From a virus (taxonomy: Duplodnaviria; Caudoviricetes), in the IMG/VR virus record IMGVR_UViG_3300011989_000007, positions 1-64,000 of that record: a stretch of 64,000 nt of DNA, one strand, 5' to 3'. Positions 58,755-64,000 of this stretch are shown piece by piece. The notes beneath the pieces were generated by a model. That model had not been told where the DNA came from, did no database searches, and saw only the letters and a program-made list of their open reading frames with translations. Position numbers and translations under genes: made by a program. Within the stretch, counting starts at the first letter, position 1; every line of letters starts with the position of its first letter.

Positions 58755-61700
58755 ATGGATAATATTAAATTATTTTTAAATTCTAATAGGTCAAAGAAGT
58801 CAGTAAATGCTCCTTTTTACCAAGATGTTGAATTGAAAGCAAACAAAAAGATGTTTACTGAAGAAAACATCAACGGAGTTGTTAATGCTTTTGACTTATA
58901 TAATGAAGAAAGAAATGCTACAAATAAGGTTAGACTTGTTTGTAGCATTAACCCTGTTTGCTCAAATGTTCTTTTTAATCCTATAACCGAAATAGTTAAA
59001 GACGAAGGCAGTGAGTCTCCATTAGTACTTAATTACAAAGAGTTAAAGAATTCTGATATTTCGAGTAATGATGAGACTGATAAACATCCAATTAAACCAA
59101 TTACAAGTGATGATACTGATGCTATTGATAATAATGGGTTTGTTTGGAATGAGTATGAGGCCATTAGAGACACACAATTGAGTAGCAATGATTTTGGATT
59201 TAAATATCATTGTGGCATTGATATTTTCAACAATCATTTATTGAGGTCTGACACGTTTAAAATTGTGTCTTACAATAAAGATAATTCAAACAAACGTAAA
59301 AGTGATGGAAGAAGAGGATCAAAGCTGCAACACTTTTATATTGACCAATATTTTAACACTATTGATGATTGGATGAGGGATTCAATGGGAAACATCGTGT
59401 ACAATAATTTCTTTAACCCTTTCTTGAATTCAAATTCAATCCTTTATAATTATGAGATAAATAATTTTAATGGCAGTCATAAAAACGATTCGAATAATTA
59501 TTATGCAACTTTTGATTTTAAATTAATAATCAATGATCCGAAAAATATAATTTCGTTAACACGAAATACAACCATTAAAATTGAGTTTGATTATTTTTTA
59601 ACTGAGTATAATTGGGAACAAAGTGATACTAAAGAGTATTCAATTAATGGCGTTTATACTAAGCACGCTATATATACTGACATATTAGCTGCTGACAACA
59701 CTGATAAAACTGATAAAACAATTCAATTTACAGTTAATAGTACCAGTGACACTACACATCCGCCTACTTATATTGATAAGCACTTAGTAGATTATAGAAT
59801 TAAAGATAGTAGTATTAACGTTGTTATAAATGGTAGTAATAATGCTAATGAAAGAAATGTGTATTATAAAACTGTTACCACATTTGATGGAGACGGTGGT
59901 ACATTTGATGCTAGTGGAGGGCATTTTGGCAACGGACGTAGAGCACCCAGAGATTTTGGAAACCGTACATTTGAAGGGGGGTTTAGTGGCAGTCGTAATT
60001 CGTATGAAACTGTGTATAAGTACGATTTAGTATATTCACCATTGAACGGAAATACACCTGACACTTTCTCAAATGCAAGCCATTTATATCAGAGTTATGA
60101 TGTTAAAACTTTTGAAGAAACAATTAAAGATAAACTGATTGAGGATAATGGTTGGTTTGGCTTTAAAAATACGTCTAAACTACCAACATATGACGCATCA
60201 AGCGGAAAGACAATAGACATTTCCAAACCAATTAATAGTGAAAACTCCAGTTCATTCATTGATATGTATCCAGGAAGAGATTTATACTCTTTTACACCTA
60301 AATACAATAAATACAAAAACAGAATTGAGCCAAATTGGGACTATTGCTTGACTTATCCAAGTTCATCTATGACTAAGGGTTTTGATTTTATCAATGAGGA
60401 AACAGGTGGCTTGAAAATTCAAATGTTCGATGAATTCACTATTGGTGATAGCGGTGAACATTTGATTACATTTTATTGTTTATCACAACATGGTTTAAGG
60501 GTAGGAGACTATGTTAATATCTATAAAAATGGAACGGATAAGGTAGTTAGTAATGCCATTGTAAGTAATGTGTATGACAAATATATTTTTCAGATAAATA
60601 AAAATGGAATTAGCATTAGTAACAAATGGCATGATGTTTCAGACTCACCTAAGGAGTTTAGTGGCGACGGAATAACGTATTCAAAAGACCCTTTGAATGA
60701 AGGTGTTTATGTAGACGACACGCCTTCATCAAATGTATATTATGTGCTACCTGACACCCAAAAGGTTAATTTGGATACTGATTACAATAATCTTTCATTT
60801 AAAAGAGTAGTAAGTAATGTTGAATGCAAGTATTACGTTAGGATTTTTTCAAAGATACCTAATTTCAAATTTTGCGATACTGAAATAAATGATAAAACTT
60901 TATATGATAAAACAAACAATAGGGATTTAATTAAAGAGTATTCAGACAAAGACCACGCTTTTGAAAGTCATATAAATAGGGTAGGTTTTTCAAAGAACAT
61001 TTATGGAGATGAAATCAGTGAAATTGTTTTCACTGACGACATTGATTTAACTGCGCTTAAAGATAATTTAGGAAGACCTTTAACTGACATTTATCTGACA
61101 ATTGTTAAACGTAACAAGGGGTATAAGTCTTGGTATGGTATTTCACCTGAAACCAAAATAGACGTTACGGCAGATGACATTGAATACTCGCATTGTTTTG
61201 GTAAAAATAGTTGCAGTTTAAGATTGTCTGACGATTCTTTGAACTACGTTGGCGTTAATGATATTAGAAAGATTGATTCTGAGACTGAAGGACTTAATAT
61301 TAAGAAGATTAATGAAACAAGTTCTTTTGATGTTGATGAAATCGTTTTCGATGAATGTCAGAATTTTTATGGTGACTTATGTTGCTATTCTCCTATTGAT
61401 GCTTTAGAAGAATCAATACAGCCAATACTGAATAGGTTTAACACCGCACAACGTGATTTAAAAATATCTGATGAAGGGTATAAAATATTTTCATCGTTTA
61501 AAGTTGATATGATTGATAAAGATGAAACCGCTATTGGTTATGGAGACCCTTATGAAATACAAGTTGCAGGTTTGCATTCAACGCAAATAACATACAACTC
61601 TTTACCACGAAGGGAAGGATATTATTACCAAACTCACTATAAGATACCTGTAAAAACAATCTCAAGTAAATTAAGTGAGCAATTACCTTTATTCCATACA

Positions 61701-62249
61701 ATTTTGGATATAACAAAGGATGGCGATTATTTTAAAATCTATACTGATGATGAAAATGGCTTTACAATTAATGAAAAACCTATCCTATATGACAAAGATG
61801 AGAATAAAGTTTACGTTTGCTTGATAACTGAAATAATAACTAGCAAAAAATTTGTTTGTAAAATTTTAGATGAAGAGGGTAAAAAGGTAAATCTGACTGA
61901 CATTGAAGACATATCAAGATATAATTTACTTAGCAAAGACGAGACAATACCTTCTTATGCTAAGATAATAAAGGATGGTTCCTGCCGTTACCTTTGGAGA
62001 GAAGTTTTACAAAATGGTTTTGACGATAACTCAAATGTTGAAGTTTATCCATTTACTAATGGCGCTCTTTACATCAACAGAAACATTAATTTCTACCTTA
62101 GAAGGCAAAATCCTTCTGATGAGCCACAGGAAACTATAGAATTGTCAGAAAATAATGAATATATTTCCTATGAGGATAAGGGAGAAGTCATTAGTAAAGT
62201 TGAAACTGAAGATAATTATGTTAGTGAAAAGAACATGAAAGAATGCTAA
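58755..62249 (+). CDS. Large putative virion structural protein
   Basis: 1164-aa ORF in the baseplate operon. Confidence 0.6.
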   Translation: MDNIKLFLNSNRSKKSVNAPFYQDVELKANKKMFTEENINGVVNAFDLYNEERNATNKVRLVCSINPVCSNVLFNPITEIVKDEGSESPLVLNYKELKNSDISSNDETDKHPIKPITSDDTDAIDNNGFVWNEYEAIRDTQLSSNDFGFKYHCGIDIFNNHLLRSDTFKIVSYNKDNSNKRKSDGRRGSKLQHFYIDQYFNTIDDWMRDSMGNIVYNNFFNPFLNSNSILYNYEINNFNGSHKNDSNNYYATFDFKLIINDPKNIISLTRNTTIKIEFDYFLTEYNWEQSDTKEYSINGVYTKHAIYTDILAADNTDKTDKTIQFTVNSTSDTTHPPTYIDKHLVDYRIKDSSINVVINGSNNANERNVYYKTVTTFDGDGGTFDASGGHFGNGRRAPRDFGNRTFEGGFSGSRNSYETVYKYDLVYSPLNGNTPDTFSNASHLYQSYDVKTFEETIKDKLIEDNGWFGFKNTSKLPTYDASSGKTIDISKPINSENSSSFIDMYPGRDLYSFTPKYNKYKNRIEPNWDYCLTYPSSSMTKGFDFINEETGGLKIQMFDEFTIGDSGEHLITFYCLSQHGLRVGDYVNIYKNGTDKVVSNAIVSNVYDKYIFQINKNGISISNKWHDVSDSPKEFSGDGITYSKDPLNEGVYVDDTPSSNVYYVLPDTQKVNLDTDYNNLSFKRVVSNVECKYYVRIFSKIPNFKFCDTEINDKTLYDKTNNRDLIKEYSDKDHAFESHINRVGFSKNIYGDEISEIVFTDDIDLTALKDNLGRPLTDIYLTIVKRNKGYKSWYGISPETKIDVTADDIEYSHCFGKNSCSLRLSDDSLNYVGVNDIRKIDSETEGLNIKKINETSSFDVDEIVFDECQNFYGDLCCYSPIDALEESIQPILNRFNTAQRDLKISDEGYKIFSSFKVDMIDKDETAIGYGDPYEIQVAGLHSTQITYNSLPRREGYYYQTHYKIPVKTISSKLSEQLPLFHTILDITKDGDYFKIYTDDENGFTINEKPILYDKDENKVYVCLITEIITSKKFVCKILDEEGKKVNLTDIEDISRYNLLSKDETIPSYAKIIKDGSCRYLWREVLQNGFDDNSNVEVYPFTNGALYINRNINFYLRRQNPSDEPQETIELSENNEYISYEDKGEVISKVETEDNYVSEKNMKEC

Positions 62250-64000
62250 AATATAGTATTAAATTAGTCACAACTCCTGAGTTAAATCCTATTAATTATA
62301 GCGAGTTGTATTTGGCAAAAGATTTGTCATACATTTCAGGTGTAACTGATTATTATGAGGGCATTAGGGATGGGGAGGAAATCTCCGTCTCAAGCCCTTA
62401 TTTGGCTAATAGCGTTAGGAGACCAATCAAATTAACGTTGGTAAGAAGACAAGGATATGTTTTAACTGAAGAAAAATATCCTATTGAAAAGATAGAAAAC
62501 ATTGGTGATGAAAAAGAAAATGTTTACTACGTTGAATACAACGGGGATTATTACTATCTTTTTGATAACTTTTCAGTTGAAGGCTTTTTAATTGATGGCT
62601 TTTTACGTCCGTCAAATGTTGACGATACAGTAACCATACCGACAAAGCATTGGATTGAAAATGGTAAAGTTGAAATCAAGGGTGAACGGTATTATGTTGA
62701 CACTAATTTAGTTAAGAACGAAAAATTCAATAACGGGTATGAATATCCGACTATTAAGAAATATGGTGACAACTCAATTTTAGAAAAAGTTGATGGCACT
62801 GAGATTAAAGTAGTAGATTATGAGTATTCTAAATGGCATAACGTGTATAAATTTGTCATTGAGAGTGATGGCAAAGAGGAGATTTTAGTTGAAGGTGCAA
62901 CAACAGGTGACTATTTCCCTTTTATCAGTTATAATGGTGAAACTTATTCAATTAAAGAATATGATAAAGGCTATGGTGTATTGATTGATAAAGAGTTTTA
63001 TCCTATGCCAGGTGCGACTTCATTAGAAGAGTTCACTACTTTAGATAACCCTTCTATCACTATTGGCAATGATACTCTTGATGTAAACACTACTTTTAAA
63101 ACTGATGGTAATGGCTCAATTTTAGTTCTTTATACGCAAGGAGAAAATTATGATTTCAAACCTTATGAGTCTATTGTAGCAGAATCTGATGATACATATT
63201 TTGCACAAAAAGTCAGCAAGGCTAAAAATGGAAGCCTTTATGTAGAGTATGATGGTGTTAGATATTTTGTAGAACCAAATGTTTGTGATGAAGTAAGAAT
63301 TAATGACAATGATTATAGAATAACTTATGTTAATGATGAAAAAACATTAGGTTACATAACAATTAATGATGAAAACGTTTATTTATTAATCACTAATAAG
63401 GTAGCAACTATTAAAGACAAAGTTTACTATCGAAAAGATATAAATGATAAAGAATATATTGTAGAATTTGGTAATCAAAGCAATTCATCTAAGGAGTCAG
63501 GTTTTAGTGTTACTGAAATCAGTGGTATCACGTTAGATAATGGAGATACTTGCCCTATTTTTGCTGATAATGCCTTTATAAAAGATTATGTAAATATTGA
63601 TGAATATGATTTATATTGCCTAATTAAAGGTCCAAAAAAATATGAGCTACAAATCTTTGGACTTGAAGGTTCTAAAACCTTGTATTGTTCAGCAATCGCA
63701 AGTGCAGATGATATTTTTGAGCAAAAAAGCATTAATTCTGAAATAAGGGATAATATAGAGCATTACCATTTTTACTTTAAAAGTGAATTGTTTGGTGATA
63801 CCAAGATTACTCCTTTGTTATACGCAGAGGAAGCCTTGAAGAGTGACCACCCTATATCAACAAGGTCTATTTTGCCATTAAGCAGAGATTTGGCCATTAA
63901 TCAGGTTAATGATTATATAACTTTGCCAATTGGCTTAGGAACAAAAGTTGGCACTACAATAAATAAGGACGATATTATTCAAAATGACTTTGTAAAGGAT
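62243..64000 (+). CDS. Partial (3'-truncated) large protein, probably structural; absent from the ORF track
   Basis: ATG 62243 (MLKYSIKLVTTPELN...) overlaps the previous stop; frame appears open to the window end. Confidence 0.7.
   Translation, partial: MLKYSIKLVTTPELNPINYSELYLAKDLSYISGVTDYYEGIRDGEEISVSSPYLANSVRRPIKLTLVRRQGYVLTEEKYPIEKIENIGDEKENVYYVEYNGDYYYLFDNFSVEGFLIDGFLRPSNVDDTVTIPTKHWIENGKVEIKGERYYVDTNLVKNEKFNNGYEYPTIKKYGDNSILEKVDGTEIKVVDYEYSKWHNVYKFVIESDGKEEILVEGATTGDYFPFISYNGETYSIKEYDKGYGVLIDKEFYPMPGATSLEEFTTLDNPSITIGNDTLDVNTTFKTDGNGSILVLYTQGENYDFKPYESIVAESDDTYFAQKVSKAKNGSLYVEYDGVRYFVEPNVCDEVRINDNDYRITYVNDEKTLGYITINDENVYLLITNKVATIKDKVYYRKDINDKEYIVEFGNQSNSSKESGFSVTEISGITLDNGDTCPIFADNAFIKDYVNIDEYDLYCLIKGPKKYELQIFGLEGSKTLYCSAIASADDIFEQKSINSEIRDNIEHYHFYFKSELFGDTKITPLLYAEEALKSDHPISTRSILPLSRDLAINQVNDYITLPIGLGTKVGTTINKDDIIQNDFVKD

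Noticed and set aside
1-64000. Complete DGR, CRISPR array, tRNA or rRNA genes
   Set aside because: No reverse transcriptase, template repeat, repeat-spacer array or cloverleaf was seen by eye; tRNAscan-SE and a CRISPR finder would confirm.
1-64000. Stop-codon reassignment (Lak-type code 15)
   Set aside because: Very long ORFs are intact in code 11, and TAG ends complete genes (tape measure 18586, nrdG 50163).

Overview
64 kb of an AT-rich, contractile-tailed jumbo-type dsDNA phage. All credible genes are on the + strand in the standard genetic code. The host is probably Bacteroidota, inferred from TAnnTTTG promoter elements and A-rich starts without Shine-Dalgarno sites. The window holds a tail/baseplate module (gp15-like, sheath, tube, gp26/gp51-like, tape measure, tube initiator, gp53, hub with peptidoglycan hydrolases, gp25, gp6) and a replication/nucleotide module (gp32-like SSB, tdk, RecA/UvsX, 5'-3' exonuclease, intein-containing helicase, nrdD/nrdG). 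Selfish elements are dense: an IS607 (tnpA+tnpB), a solo IS200/IS605 tnpB, five group I introns in nrdD, an intein and four endonuclease genes. Three items stand out. (1) A free-standing endonuclease cassette appears to have inserted at the conserved DGNS motif of the exonuclease gene and supplies a diverged replacement N-terminus, leaving the old 30-codon start stranded upstream. (2) nrdD is split into six exons, including an 8-nt micro-exon covered by the guide sequences of two adjacent introns. (3) A DGR-type variable-region gene is cut by the IS607, whose TnpB guide would be read from that gene. Product calls come from motif recognition by eye; no database search was run.
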